From a phage: a stretch of 64,000 nt of DNA. A program made the position numbers and the translations under genes. Position 1 is the stretch's first letter. Each line of letters starts with the position of its first letter. The DNA lies in sequence record OZ346164.1; one strand, given 5' to 3'. Below are positions 9,327-19,396 of this stretch, piece after piece. A model generated the notes under the pieces. It saw only the letters and a program-made list of their open reading frames with translations. It did no database searches and had not been told where the DNA came from.

Positions 9327-11539
9327 TAGGCTTCCAGCAATTCACAACGTTTTACATGCGCCACTGACGCATAAATGCCATTTTTGGCTTTCTTACGACC
9401 TTTTGTAATCTCGTGGAGAAGTTCCTCATCCTGTGTCTCCCTACAACGAACAATGTCTTCTTCCTTGTTCAGACCAAAGTAAATACTATTCAGTGTATGT
9501 GCATCAGTACCTGTGTAGACTTCATAGAGGTCATTCTCAGCATCATAACGCAGATACTTGTCAGTTTCTGGGTTAAGATACTTGTCAAGATGCTTGCAGT
9601 AGTATCTACCATCATCTTGCTTAGTGAACTCAACTGACTCTTTACCCTCAGTTACCGCTTTAGTGAAGTCTTCATCACCCATAAAGTTACAAAGAAGAAC
9701 TAGCTGGGCTGAGTTTTGGTCTACAGAGACAACGTTAGTACCTTCTTCACAAATCCACACCTCCCTCATAGGTGCTCCATAGACAGCAGCACCAGACGGT
9801 ACGTTTACAATACCATATTGTGTCATACGTCCAGTTGAAGTACCAAACACCATTGCACCAGCACTAAGGCGACCATCAGGACGAATCTGGTTCAACCAAC
9901 CTTTTTCATCATCTTTTGAGTTCTCAATAGTTCTACGTCGGTGCATCAAAGTATAGTACTTAGCAATCTTCTGTCCAAGCTCACCTTCAATCGTATCATA
10001 AGATGATTCAGTAAGTTTTGGTGAAGTACGGATTAAGCAAGGCTCAAGCAAATCTGTGTATTTCTTCACAGACCAGTTATGCTCAATGTACTGGACACCT
10101 TCATGCTCAACATAGCTCAAACCACACCGCTCAACCATTTCCTGCCACTTAGGATGCTTTGTAATCATCTTTTTATTGTCTTTGAAACGACAAACTTTGA
10201 TAGGGCGACCATCTGAGTCTTTCTTGTAATTCCAGTCATCTGGAATCCAACCAACTGATTTCAAGTAGTCTTTAACAACTGCTACCTGAGTCATACGAGA
10301 AACTTCAAACTCAATTGGTGTATATGGTGCATCAATCAAACCTGTGTAGCGACTTGACTCAAGTTCAAAGTGGTTAACAACGTGGCTGTTATAGTACTTC
10401 ACAGTTTTGACTGTTTTTACTGGCTTCCAGTCTTTGCATTTCTTACCAATCTTTGCGTTCAACTCATTGCAAATTGCACGAGCATCCTTCATTGCTACAA
10501 AACCTTCCTTGTACTCTTCACCAGTTACAGAGTTGGTTGGTGTATAGCAATTCCTTTTTTCAATGTTAAAAATCTTTGTAGTTGGCTTACCAAATGGTTT
10601 GATTTCGTATGTCTGCATCTCACCATTACGTACCTGCTGACGATACTTTGTCTTAGGGTACTTGGTAATTCTTTTCAGTCCATCTGCATGACCAAATGTT
10701 TCAACATACTCATTCCAAGCTTTTGCAAACTCTTCTCCAGTGACTTTACCTTTGGTCTTAATAGTTGGAGGAAGATGTGGTTCAACCTCTGAAGCAAGCT
10801 CATTAGTCAACTTGTCAAGTTCCTTTACATGGAACTCCATAAGCTCTTTATCAGCTTTCCAACCATTAATAGCTTGTTGACTCATCCAGAAAGATGTTTC
10901 TTTAGCTCGCATGTAGGTTTCATAAGTGTCTATGCCACACTTCTTAAGCTTGAGATACTCATTATCAAGTGCCCGTTTAGTTTTGGCGTTAATACGGATA
11001 TCTTCTACAACACGAGTGAAGATTTCTGCATTCCACACACCCCAATGTTCAATCTCTGGTTTACGAACACCAACACGAGCACCCCATGCAGCCAAGCCAT
11101 GAGCACCTTTATAACCCTTTGGAGTTGGTCTATCCATCCACTGAACACGAGACTGGATAAGAGAATCCTGAAAGAAATTACTCCACGGCTTACACTTTGG
11201 ATTATCAAAGTTCCATAAATCCGGTGCAATGTGATTGAAAACCCACCAGTCATAACCTAGACCATTATGAATGCAAAGACGTTTTGCCTTTAACGCAAAC
11301 TCAACACCTTCACGTAAGCCACCCTTAATGTACTTGGTATACTTGTGACCGAGGATAGGCTCATCTGTAAAGACCCATACAGGCGGCTCTTTATCGTCAG
11401 ATTTATAGTCTGCGAAAGCCATTACGTGCACTTTAGTGAACTCAAGGAGTAAACCATCAGTTTCTGTATCACCAACTAAATGTAAGTTTTTAAAATCTAC
11501 GTTTTCCATTTTTACTCCCTCTAAAATCATTAACCTCAT
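9326..11539 (-). CDS. DNA polymerase (family A), exon 1 incl. 3'-5' exonuclease
   Basis: Exo I motif DTETDGL, motif A-like VSVDQNSAQLVLL, ends RKKAKNGIYA (first half of motif B); annotated stop probably lies in intron. Confidence 0.8.
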   Translation of the reverse strand: MRLMILEGVKMENVDFKNLHLVGDTETDGLLLEFTKVHVMAFADYKSDDKEPPVWVFTDEPILGHKYTKYIKGGLREGVEFALKAKRLCIHNGLGYDWWVFNHIAPDLWNFDNPKCKPWSNFFQDSLIQSRVQWMDRPTPKGYKGAHGLAAWGARVGVRKPEIEHWGVWNAEIFTRVVEDIRINAKTKRALDNEYLKLKKCGIDTYETYMRAKETSFWMSQQAINGWKADKELMEFHVKELDKLTNELASEVEPHLPPTIKTKGKVTGEEFAKAWNEYVETFGHADGLKRITKYPKTKYRQQVRNGEMQTYEIKPFGKPTTKIFNIEKRNCYTPTNSVTGEEYKEGFVAMKDARAICNELNAKIGKKCKDWKPVKTVKTVKYYNSHVVNHFELESSRYTGLIDAPYTPIEFEVSRMTQVAVVKDYLKSVGWIPDDWNYKKDSDGRPIKVCRFKDNKKMITKHPKWQEMVERCGLSYVEHEGVQYIEHNWSVKKYTDLLEPCLIRTSPKLTESSYDTIEGELGQKIAKYYTLMHRRRTIENSKDDEKGWLNQIRPDGRLSAGAMVFGTSTGRMTQYGIVNVPSGAAVYGAPMREVWICEEGTNVVSVDQNSAQLVLLCNFMGDEDFTKAVTEGKESVEFTKQDDGRYYCKHLDKYLNPETDKYLRYDAENDLYEVYTGTDAHTLNSIYFGLNKEEDIVRCRETQDEELLHEITKGRKKAKNGIYASVAHVKRCELLEA

Positions 11540-11569
11540 ACATTACTGCAAAAAATTATAAAAAGCAAG

Positions 11570-11598
11570 TTGACAATGCACTTGACAAGGTGTTAATC
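11570..11598 (+). promoter_or_regulatory. tandem TTGACA element (TTGACAATGCACTTGACAAGGTG)
   Basis: Two -35-like hexamers 6 bp apart; near-identical element at 56449. Confidence 0.4.
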
Positions 11599-11706
11599 TT
11601 TGCGAAGTGGGTTTTTACTTAAAAGGTTACTTAACAGTTTAACTATACAGATACTTTAAAACTCTTAAAAGATTATTTAATAGCTTTTAAAAAGCTTTAA
11701 AATATA

Positions 11707-11723
11707 ACGTATAGAATACGTTA
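11707..11723. promoter_or_regulatory. palindromic operator-like site
   Basis: Perfect 7-3-7 palindrome AACGTAT-AGA-ATACGTT in divergent intergenic region. Confidence 0.35.
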
Positions 11724-11766
11724 AGATAAAAGATTAAAACTTAATAGTTACTTAAAAGAGGCTTAC

Positions 11767-12189
11767 ATGCAGAAAATGTTTGTTCACCCAGACATAGCTG
11801 ACTTTGTTAGAGCTTTGCAGAAGTTGGAAGAACTTGACATTGCTGCTCAACGGGAATATGCTCACCATCACAGGAGAATGGTTGATATACAACATGAAAT
11901 AGAGTTGTCTGAAAACTATGAAGATGACTTAAAATGCTCTGTATTTGAGCATATGAAAGATGTTGCTACAGCTAGACGTAAAGCTAAAGACACAGTTGCT
12001 TTACTAGATTCTCTTAAAAAGAGGTTGCAAAGTGGTACAGACCTGTGTAATCTAGCGTCACTGATTAACGATGTTGAAACTTCTTGGGATAGGCACTATT
12101 ATCCACGTTCTGAAAAGACACTTGACTTTTCTTCATCAGAAAACTTAAAATGTTCTAGAAAGAAACTTAACCAACTGAGAGAGAAATAA
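11767..12189 (+). CDS. hypothetical protein
   Basis: 140 aa ORF, first gene after divergent promoter region. Confidence 0.4.
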   Translation: MQKMFVHPDIADFVRALQKLEELDIAAQREYAHHHRRMVDIQHEIELSENYEDDLKCSVFEHMKDVATARRKAKDTVALLDSLKKRLQSGTDLCNLASLINDVETSWDRHYYPRSEKTLDFSSSENLKCSRKKLNQLREK

Positions 12190-12190
12190 T

Positions 12191-12991
12191 ATGAATATCG
12201 ATGTAGAAAAGATGCTTGAAGAGAAAGGTATTGATGAAGCATTTTTAATCAATGCCGTAGAAAGCATGGCTATGATTCTTCGTGGCAACAACTACACAGA
12301 AAAGTTTATGCCTGCAAGCTATAACTTGCCTGAAGACAAGTCTGATAACGGTGCTTTTGCAGAACAGGTTAATATGATGTTGACAGACACTACACTTGCT
12401 CTGGCATCTATTGCGGTTGGTGTTGATGCACTTGCTGAGTTCATTTTTTATGAAATGCAAAAGAATGACTATATCAGGATGTCAGACGAAGATAAGGAAC
12501 TGTTGCTGACTAAGGACACTGATTTCATTATTGATACGCTTATCTCATCAACGAGTGCTGTTATGGCTGTTCTTGAGAAGCGTATGGAAGAGAAACTTTC
12601 ACGATATGAAAAACTTGATTGGGGCGTAGAAGAATTAAACCCACGAATCAAAGAGATTATCCAGCAAACTAAAGAGTCTTTGGAAGAAGCTGTTGAAAAT
12701 GACTCTGTAGCTGACATTGAACCACTTCAGGTGAAAGTTGCACTGATGATTCCAGCTATATCTACGATGATGAATATCGTTGCACTAATCCAACTGTCAC
12801 AGATGATGGGTGTGAGTATTGAGTTCATTGAGGAAATGACTGGTGGCGTTAGTATGCAAGCAATCAATGATGTTTTGGTGAACATTGGTGCTTCAATCAT
12901 TGAAGAGAAACTACGCATTAACTTCGGTGATGATTTTGTGAAGCAAATCTCAGCTATGGCTGAAAAAGAGTCTGCTGAGCAACTGCACTAA
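12191..12991 (+). CDS. hypothetical acidic protein
   Basis: 266 aa ORF, Glu/Asp-rich. Confidence 0.4.
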   Translation: MNIDVEKMLEEKGIDEAFLINAVESMAMILRGNNYTEKFMPASYNLPEDKSDNGAFAEQVNMMLTDTTLALASIAVGVDALAEFIFYEMQKNDYIRMSDEDKELLLTKDTDFIIDTLISSTSAVMAVLEKRMEEKLSRYEKLDWGVEELNPRIKEIIQQTKESLEEAVENDSVADIEPLQVKVALMIPAISTMMNIVALIQLSQMMGVSIEFIEEMTGGVSMQAINDVLVNIGASIIEEKLRINFGDDFVKQISAMAEKESAEQLH

Positions 12992-13052
12992 GTCTTTATA
13001 AATCTTACAAGCCTCCTTAGTTGGGGGCTTTTTAGTAATTAAGGGAGATAAA

Positions 13053-13796
13053 ATGAGTAATATTATCGCATTTACTGGAAAGGCACGTTCTGGAAAAGAC
13101 ACCTCATGTTCTATTGTGAAGAACATCTTAGAGGATGAGTATGGCTACAATGTTGCTGTAATGGCCTTTGCAGACAACCTTAAACTATCTGCATCAAAGA
13201 TATTTGACTTGACTTGGAATGACCTGTACGGTGAAACTAAAGAGACTCCGCAGGTATTTGACTTATCATATCATGAACTGATGTTTAAAGTTACGGAAGC
13301 TATGGAGTTCACCTTCAGGGATGAACGTTACCATATGGACTTCAAGCTTATGTCAGAGTTAACCGGACGATTAATCATGGAGCTTAAGAAGGTTGCTAAA
13401 CCGACTCTATTGACACGTCTGGGGTTTAGTAAAAAGTATAAATTCTCATCAAGACAAATTCAACAGATTTGGGGTACTGAAGTTGTCCGTAAAGTAATGG
13501 GCGACAAGTTCTGGTCTAAAGACCTTGAAAAAAGAATGGTTAGATTCCATGAAATGTGCTCACTTAGAAACCAATATGGTTTTGTCTTAATCAGTGATTT
13601 AAGATTTGACTCTGAAGCTGAATGGCTGAGTAGATTTGCACACCAAACTATTGAAGTAAAAAGAGACAATGTGGACAAAGTTTCATCACATGTTTCAGAA
13701 AATGGGATTTCTACAAAATATGAGCGTGACATTATTCATAATAATGGTACTCTTGCAGACCTTGAGAACAAGCTAAGAGCCATCATTAAAGTTTAA
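13053..13796 (+). CDS. deoxynucleoside monophosphate kinase
   Basis: N-terminal P-loop IAFTGKARSGKDT matches T4 gp1-type dNMP kinase start. Confidence 0.6.
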   Translation: MSNIIAFTGKARSGKDTSCSIVKNILEDEYGYNVAVMAFADNLKLSASKIFDLTWNDLYGETKETPQVFDLSYHELMFKVTEAMEFTFRDERYHMDFKLMSELTGRLIMELKKVAKPTLLTRLGFSKKYKFSSRQIQQIWGTEVVRKVMGDKFWSKDLEKRMVRFHEMCSLRNQYGFVLISDLRFDSEAEWLSRFAHQTIEVKRDNVDKVSSHVSENGISTKYERDIIHNNGTLADLENKLRAIIKV

Positions 13797-13804
13797 AAGA
13801 GAGA

Positions 13805-14005
13805 ATGAAGATGAGAGTAAAAGACAATTTTAAAGTTATTGACCACCGTTTAGTGGAACTCTCATCTCTTTCCAATGAGGTAATGATTGAACGTCTTAAG
13901 AGAGTTGAATCACGAAGGAAAGAGATTGCAGATGAAATTCATGAACTGGACAAGATTGAAAATGGATTGAAGGCAGAACTACAACGAAGAGGTGCTAATG
14001 TCTAA
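13805..14005 (+). CDS. hypothetical small protein
   Basis: 66 aa helical ORF. Confidence 0.3.
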   Translation: MKMRVKDNFKVIDHRLVELSSLSNEVMIERLKRVESRRKEIADEIHELDKIENGLKAELQRRGANV

Positions 14006-15983
14006 AGGTCGTAAATTGAAAGAGGCTGGTCAGTTTGTTGGTCATTGCGCATGTCCACGTTGTGGTTCATCAGATGCTGGTTCAATCTATCATCATGACG
14101 ATGATTCTTATTCAATGACTTGCTTTAGTTGTAACAAAGGTTTCCCAGAGTGGGATTTTGATAAAGGACAAATCGTGAGCACTTATTCTACTGGTTCAGA
14201 CAATAAAAACCGTACTTTCCGTGGAATGGATTTAGACGATGTAAAAGAAAACCTTGAAGCAATGGACTTAAAGGATAGGAAGATTCCTGCAAAAGTCCTT
14301 GAACGCTTAGGTATCAAGGTTGACATTGACAGTGACGGTGAAATTGATGCGCACTTCTATCCAACTTACAAACGTAATGAAGATGGTAAGCTAGAACATG
14401 TTGGCTACCGTGTTCGTCACCGTTACCCAGAAGACCATCCAAAAGAGCACCTACGTGGTAAGCTAAAAGACTTTTCTGGTGGTGTTGGAGACATTAAAGG
14501 TGAACTAGCAATGTTCGGTTCATGGATTGCTCCAGAAGGTGGTAACCGTCTATTCATCTGGGAAGGTGAGATGGAATGTGCGACAGCAATCTATATGACT
14601 TCTCTTGCGATTAAGGACAAGTCTCGTCGTAAGAATTACTGTCACGTATCTGTTCCATCAGGTGCAAACATTAAGTCTATCAAAGACAACTATCAGTACA
14701 TCACATCATTTGATGAGATTTACTTGTGCTTTGATAACGATGAAGCAGGTGCTAAAGCTACCAAAGAGGCTGCTGGTATCCTACCTATTGAGAAGGTTCG
14801 CTTATTCCAGTATCCAGAAGGCGTAAAAGACCTTAACGAGTGGTGGACAAAGTTCTATAAAGAGAAAGATACAGTTCTGGAAGGATTTAAGCAGCGTATC
14901 TACAATGCACCTCGTTACTGTCCTGCTGGTATCAAGAACTTTGCAGATGGTTTTGAGGCAATGAAGAATCGTGGTCAGATTCCATTGATTCCTTTCCCAG
15001 AATCTTTCGGAGATTTGAACAGGCTGACTTATGGTGGTTATGGTCTAGGTGAGATTACAACTATTGCAGCCCCATCTTCAGTAGGTAAGTCAGCTTACAC
15101 TCGTGAGATGATTTACTCAGCTTGGAAAGAAACTGATTATAATATCGGTGTAATTCCTGTAGAAGATACCTATGAAGAGTTGATGGAGATGCTCTGTGCA
15201 ATCCACTTAAGCAAGCAGATTTCTGAGATTCCTTATGATGAACGAGATTGGGATGAATTAAAGGGAGCACACGCCGAGCTTTCAAAAGGTCGTCGCATCA
15301 ATATCGTTGACCATCAAGGGGCAATTGACCAAGATAACCTGCTGGAGTTTGTTGACTATCTTGTTAATAGCTTAGACTGTAAGATTATCATTCTTGACCC
15401 TATTACGTTGGCTCTGTCACGTTCAGATACGGATGAAGAGGAAGTTTTATCTGAGCTATTGCGTCGTTGCAAACGCTACCAGTATGCACAGGTAAACGTC
15501 TGTCACGTTCGTAAGAGTGCAGGTGGTCAGAAAGCTAACTCTGAAGGTGGAGATATCTCTGAAGAGGACATTAAAGGTTCTGGTGCGTATTTCCAGATTT
15601 CCATGAACAACATTCTGTTAATGCGTAACAAGGTTGACCCAGACCCTGTTAAGAAAAACTTGACAAAAATTAAGTTAACTAAGTGTCGTCGTCATGGCAA
15701 GTCAACAGGTATTGCTGGTCATACTTGGTACAATCCAGACACAGGACGTCTTATCAAAGCTTCTGGATGTGGTGTTGACATTGATGGTGCAGCAGAAAAT
15801 ATTCGTCAACAGTTTGGTATTGGTGAAGCCGAAGACCATTATGACGACTCTTTGCCTCATTATGAGGATGAAGTGTTTGACCGTGAGACTGGTGAAGTCT
15901 ATACTGAAGAACAGCGTCAAAGCTCAACGATTCCACCTGTATTAAGTGAGGATGCAGATGACTGCCCGTTTGAAACTGAGTGA
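13992..15983 (+). CDS. DNA primase-helicase (T7 gp4-like)
   Basis: N-terminal Cys4 zinc motif CPRCG...CFSCN, central TOPRIM-like region, Walker A APSSVGKS. Confidence 0.85.
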   Translation: MLMSKGRKLKEAGQFVGHCACPRCGSSDAGSIYHHDDDSYSMTCFSCNKGFPEWDFDKGQIVSTYSTGSDNKNRTFRGMDLDDVKENLEAMDLKDRKIPAKVLERLGIKVDIDSDGEIDAHFYPTYKRNEDGKLEHVGYRVRHRYPEDHPKEHLRGKLKDFSGGVGDIKGELAMFGSWIAPEGGNRLFIWEGEMECATAIYMTSLAIKDKSRRKNYCHVSVPSGANIKSIKDNYQYITSFDEIYLCFDNDEAGAKATKEAAGILPIEKVRLFQYPEGVKDLNEWWTKFYKEKDTVLEGFKQRIYNAPRYCPAGIKNFADGFEAMKNRGQIPLIPFPESFGDLNRLTYGGYGLGEITTIAAPSSVGKSAYTREMIYSAWKETDYNIGVIPVEDTYEELMEMLCAIHLSKQISEIPYDERDWDELKGAHAELSKGRRINIVDHQGAIDQDNLLEFVDYLVNSLDCKIIILDPITLALSRSDTDEEEVLSELLRRCKRYQYAQVNVCHVRKSAGGQKANSEGGDISEEDIKGSGAYFQISMNNILLMRNKVDPDPVKKNLTKIKLTKCRRHGKSTGIAGHTWYNPDTGRLIKASGCGVDIDGAAENIRQQFGIGEAEDHYDDSLPHYEDEVFDRETGEVYTEEQRQSSTIPPVLSEDADDCPFETE

Positions 15984-16392
15984 TAGTTATAAAAGAGAGG
16001 GATTCATACCCTTCTTTCAAGAAAAAAGTTTAAATGAATTTCAGGAAGAGTGTTTGACAAAGATTGATAGGTTCTATAGAATGCTCTACATGAAATGTGA
16101 TGGAGGTGTTGAGGTAGAAGAAAAGTTCCATCATAGTATTATCACAGTCACTATTACTATACCTGAACATAATATTGGTTGGCTGTTTATAATGAAAGAA
16201 AATGTGTTTGAATATCAAGTATATCGGAGAATATCATGAAACACTCTAAAGCATTTGAAAAAGTTTTTGGGGATTCCTTAAAAGCCACTGCTGGAAAACC
16301 AGCAAAATACTATGAAGAGAAGCGTGTAAGAACTGGAAAAACTGCACGTAAAGCAGCTTCTAAAGATAAGCACAACTTCCAGTAATTAGTAT

Positions 16393-16421
16393 TTGACAAT
16401 AGAGTATCAACAAATTAGAAT
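16393..16421 (+). promoter_or_regulatory. sigma70-like promoter
   Basis: TTGACA, 17 bp spacer, TAGAAT. Confidence 0.5.
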
Positions 16422-16457
16422 TGGTACTCTTCATAAATTGAGATAGAGGTTTAAATA

Positions 16458-17315
16458 ATGTCTAAAGTTGTTAAAATGAAAGCTCCGGTAGAGAAGTACA
16501 ACGGTACTGAACGTCAAACTCTGCGTTACCTGCTGAAAGATGTCTGGTTTTATTACCTGAACACTTCACCACGTCCGGGAAAAGGTAAGTCTATTGATAA
16601 GAAATTCCCAGGAAAAGATTGTAACTACAGCGTATCAATTCTGGCAGAAGACGGTAACAAACTGTTTAAAGAGTTTACTAAGTCTAAGAAAAATCCAGAA
16701 GGCTGGGATAAAGTTACTACTGAAGCAGTTGATGCAGATGACTTCGAAGAGAAGTTTGGTTGTAAACCACCTTTTGAAGCAGACACTTACTACATCTTGA
16801 AAGTAAGTCGTGCAGCAGCTTATAAAGATGGTGCTGTATGGACAGCTAAACAGTCATTCCCTGTAATGCTGATTGAAGAAGTAAATGGTAAGCGTGTAGC
16901 TGTTAAGCAGCCGATGAAGAAAATCAAAGCTCAAGCATCTGATAAACATGAAGATGACAAGAACTATGATGTAATTCATCCAGATATTGCAGTTGGCAAC
17001 GGTTCTTTTGGTAGTGTGATTCTTTCTACTCACTTCTACACTTTTGAGAACAATGTTCTGACAAAACCTATTCAGGAACAGTTTATCATTGACACTCTTG
17101 TACCTTACACTGGTGGTAACGGTGCTAATGGTGAGCCTGAACTGGATGAAGATGAACTGGCTATGCTTGGTCTTGATGGTGTTGAAGATAACGGTGAAAT
17201 CACTGAAGAAGACGCAACAGACCATAAACCTTCGAATGCTTCTGATGATGGTGATGATGAAGATTTACCAGACCCAGATGACGAAGAAGATGAAGACTTC
17301 GATACAGAAGACTAA
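16458..17315 (+). CDS. single-stranded DNA-binding protein (putative)
   Basis: Position in replication module and strongly acidic C-terminal tail DDEEDEDFDTED as in T7 gp2.5-type SSB. Confidence 0.45.
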   Translation: MSKVVKMKAPVEKYNGTERQTLRYLLKDVWFYYLNTSPRPGKGKSIDKKFPGKDCNYSVSILAEDGNKLFKEFTKSKKNPEGWDKVTTEAVDADDFEEKFGCKPPFEADTYYILKVSRAAAYKDGAVWTAKQSFPVMLIEEVNGKRVAVKQPMKKIKAQASDKHEDDKNYDVIHPDIAVGNGSFGSVILSTHFYTFENNVLTKPIQEQFIIDTLVPYTGGNGANGEPELDEDELAMLGLDGVEDNGEITEEDATDHKPSNASDDGDDEDLPDPDDEEDEDFDTED

Positions 17316-17377
17316 TCTCTAAAAGTTACTTTAAAGCCCTGTACTTAGTATGGGGCTTTTTCATATGGAGAGCCATA

Positions 17378-18424
17378 ATGGAGAAGTACACATTAACAAA
17401 ACTTCCCGATTCAGTTACACATGTTTTTATTGACTCTGACAGTATTGCCTATAAAGGTGCTTGTGTAGTTGAGAAAGCAAAGTATAAATATGTCAATAAA
17501 CTCACAGCAGAAGAATCTGAACCATTTGATAATGCGAAAGATGCTGCAAGATGGTTAGCAGACCAGAGAATCCTTGTGGAAGAACTTGGCCTGACATTTG
17601 ATGAAGATGAATGGGAAAGACAGACTTGGAAAGAAGCTAAGAGTGAAAAAGAAGCTATCATGGCTACTCAACAGGTTCTTCAGGAATGGCTTAAGGTTGT
17701 TGGTAAAGAGAGAATTTGGGTAGGTTATCTAACAGAGAAAGGTGTGCATAAGCATAAAGACATTAAAGGTCTTGAGCACCAATATCAAGGTAACCGTAAA
17801 GATGCTGTCACACCAACACACTTAGTTGCTTGTCGTGAGTATCTTCTGTCAAGACCAGAGTTCAAACTAATTCTTGATGGATTTGAAGCCGATTCTATCG
17901 TTATTGCTAAAGCTGAAAAGATGGGTAAAAAGGCTGCCTTGATGAGTATTGATAAAGACCTTCGTCAAGCTGAAGGGACTTACTGCATTGATATGACCTA
18001 TGAAAAGTCACCTTTGATTTTCATTGCTGACAACAACGTAGGTGAAATTTGGGATTGCCCAATAAAATCGACACCAAAAGCTAAGAAGACAGTTGGGGTA
18101 GGTTTTAAATTTCTTTGTTACCAAGCTGTGGCTGGTGATAATGCTGATAATTATTTTGGTTTAAAGGGCGTTGGTAAGGCTACTGTAATGAAAGCACTTG
18201 AAGGTAAAACCACCTACAAAGAGTGTCTTGATGCAATTTATGAGCTTTATGCTAAGAAAGAGTCATACACTTATGTCTCGTGGGATGGTCAAACAATTAC
18301 CAGAACACCTTTAGAGTTAATGCAGCAACACTTTTTCTTAGCTTATCAGGAAAGAAACAAGAAAGACGATTTTACTTTTGATAAGTATGGGTGGACACCA
18401 AATGTTAACTCAACAAACTCTTAA
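17378..18424 (+). CDS. 5'-3' exonuclease / flap endonuclease
   Basis: N-terminal HVFIDSDSIAYKGA resembles FEN/T5 D15 nuclease catalytic region. Confidence 0.55.
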   Translation: MEKYTLTKLPDSVTHVFIDSDSIAYKGACVVEKAKYKYVNKLTAEESEPFDNAKDAARWLADQRILVEELGLTFDEDEWERQTWKEAKSEKEAIMATQQVLQEWLKVVGKERIWVGYLTEKGVHKHKDIKGLEHQYQGNRKDAVTPTHLVACREYLLSRPEFKLILDGFEADSIVIAKAEKMGKKAALMSIDKDLRQAEGTYCIDMTYEKSPLIFIADNNVGEIWDCPIKSTPKAKKTVGVGFKFLCYQAVAGDNADNYFGLKGVGKATVMKALEGKTTYKECLDAIYELYAKKESYTYVSWDGQTITRTPLELMQQHFFLAYQERNKKDDFTFDKYGWTPNVNSTNS

Positions 18425-18893
18425 AGAGTACCTACATTATGACCCCGAAACAGGGGTCTTTACTTGGATTAAGAAATCTGCTAGACACACAAAAATTGGC
18501 TCTGTTGCAGGTACAAACTTAAGAGGGTATACCAGAATTTATTTGTTTGGTAAGGGCTATTATGCACATACCCTAGCCGTTCTGTATATGGATGGATACC
18601 TACCTGAGTGTGTTGACCATAAAAATCATGTAACACTAGACAATCGCTGGGTAAATCTTAGGGCATGTACGTTATCAGAGAACCAATGTAATAGGTTGCT
18701 CAATAAGAACAATAAATCAGGTGTTAAAGGTGTGTACTACAAAAAACAGTATGGTAAGTGGTCTACACAGATAACTTTTAAGAAGAGGGTTTACTTCTTC
18801 GGCAACTATGACACTATTGATGAAGCAGCAGAGGTTGTAAATAGGGAACGTCAACGTTTACACAAAGAGTTTGCTAATAAAGGTGATGAATGA
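18378..18893 (+). CDS. HNH homing endonuclease with AP2 domain
   Basis: VDHKNHVTLDNRWVNLR and SGVKGVYY...KWSTQI motifs; overlaps 3' end of exonuclease gene. Confidence 0.75.
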   Translation: MISMGGHQMLTQQTLKEYLHYDPETGVFTWIKKSARHTKIGSVAGTNLRGYTRIYLFGKGYYAHTLAVLYMDGYLPECVDHKNHVTLDNRWVNLRACTLSENQCNRLLNKNNKSGVKGVYYKKQYGKWSTQITFKKRVYFFGNYDTIDEAAEVVNRERQRLHKEFANKGDE

Positions 18894-19390
18894 GAAAAAT
18901 AAAAGGTTTTGGCAATTGCCCTGAATATGGACATTGGGTTTCACTATGTGGTGAAGTTGACCCAGCAAAGCACTTTGGTTTTGTCTACCTAGTGTACTGC
19001 AAAAAGACTGGACAGTACTATTTGGGTAAAAAACAGCTTAACAGTGTGACCAAAAGAAAAGTTGCTGGGAAGACTCGGAAGAAGATAGTCACTAAGGAAA
19101 GTGATTGGATGACTTATGAGACTTCTTCTGAGTATATTAAAAAAGATATTGAAAGCTTTGGAAAAGAATTTTTTGACTTTTACATTATTCAGACCTACTA
19201 CACAAAAGGTGGCCTAGTCTATGGTGAAGCAAACCTTCAACATAAATTCGATGTAATGACAAAAAGGATTGACTCGAAGCTCAGACTCTTCTACAATGCC
19301 AATATTGCAGCAATTAAGTTTATTACTAAAGAAACTTATGAAGATGCTGAAAAAAGAATCCATAAGGTAATGAAAGCAAACTGTGCTTGA
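18890..19390 (+). CDS. GIY-YIG endonuclease-like protein
   Basis: GFVYLVYCKKTGQYYLGKK matches GIY...YIG motif spacing. Confidence 0.5.
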   Translation: MRKIKGFGNCPEYGHWVSLCGEVDPAKHFGFVYLVYCKKTGQYYLGKKQLNSVTKRKVAGKTRKKIVTKESDWMTYETSSEYIKKDIESFGKEFFDFYIIQTYYTKGGLVYGEANLQHKFDVMTKRIDSKLRLFYNANIAAIKFITKETYEDAEKRIHKVMKANCA

Positions 19391-19396
19391 TAACTA

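Noticed and set aside
8543-11539. Reading the two polymerase ORFs as a pseudogene or as separate genes
   Set aside because: The break falls exactly inside motif B, with both halves of the motif intact on either side and group I-like core elements in the gap, so an intron is the simpler explanation.
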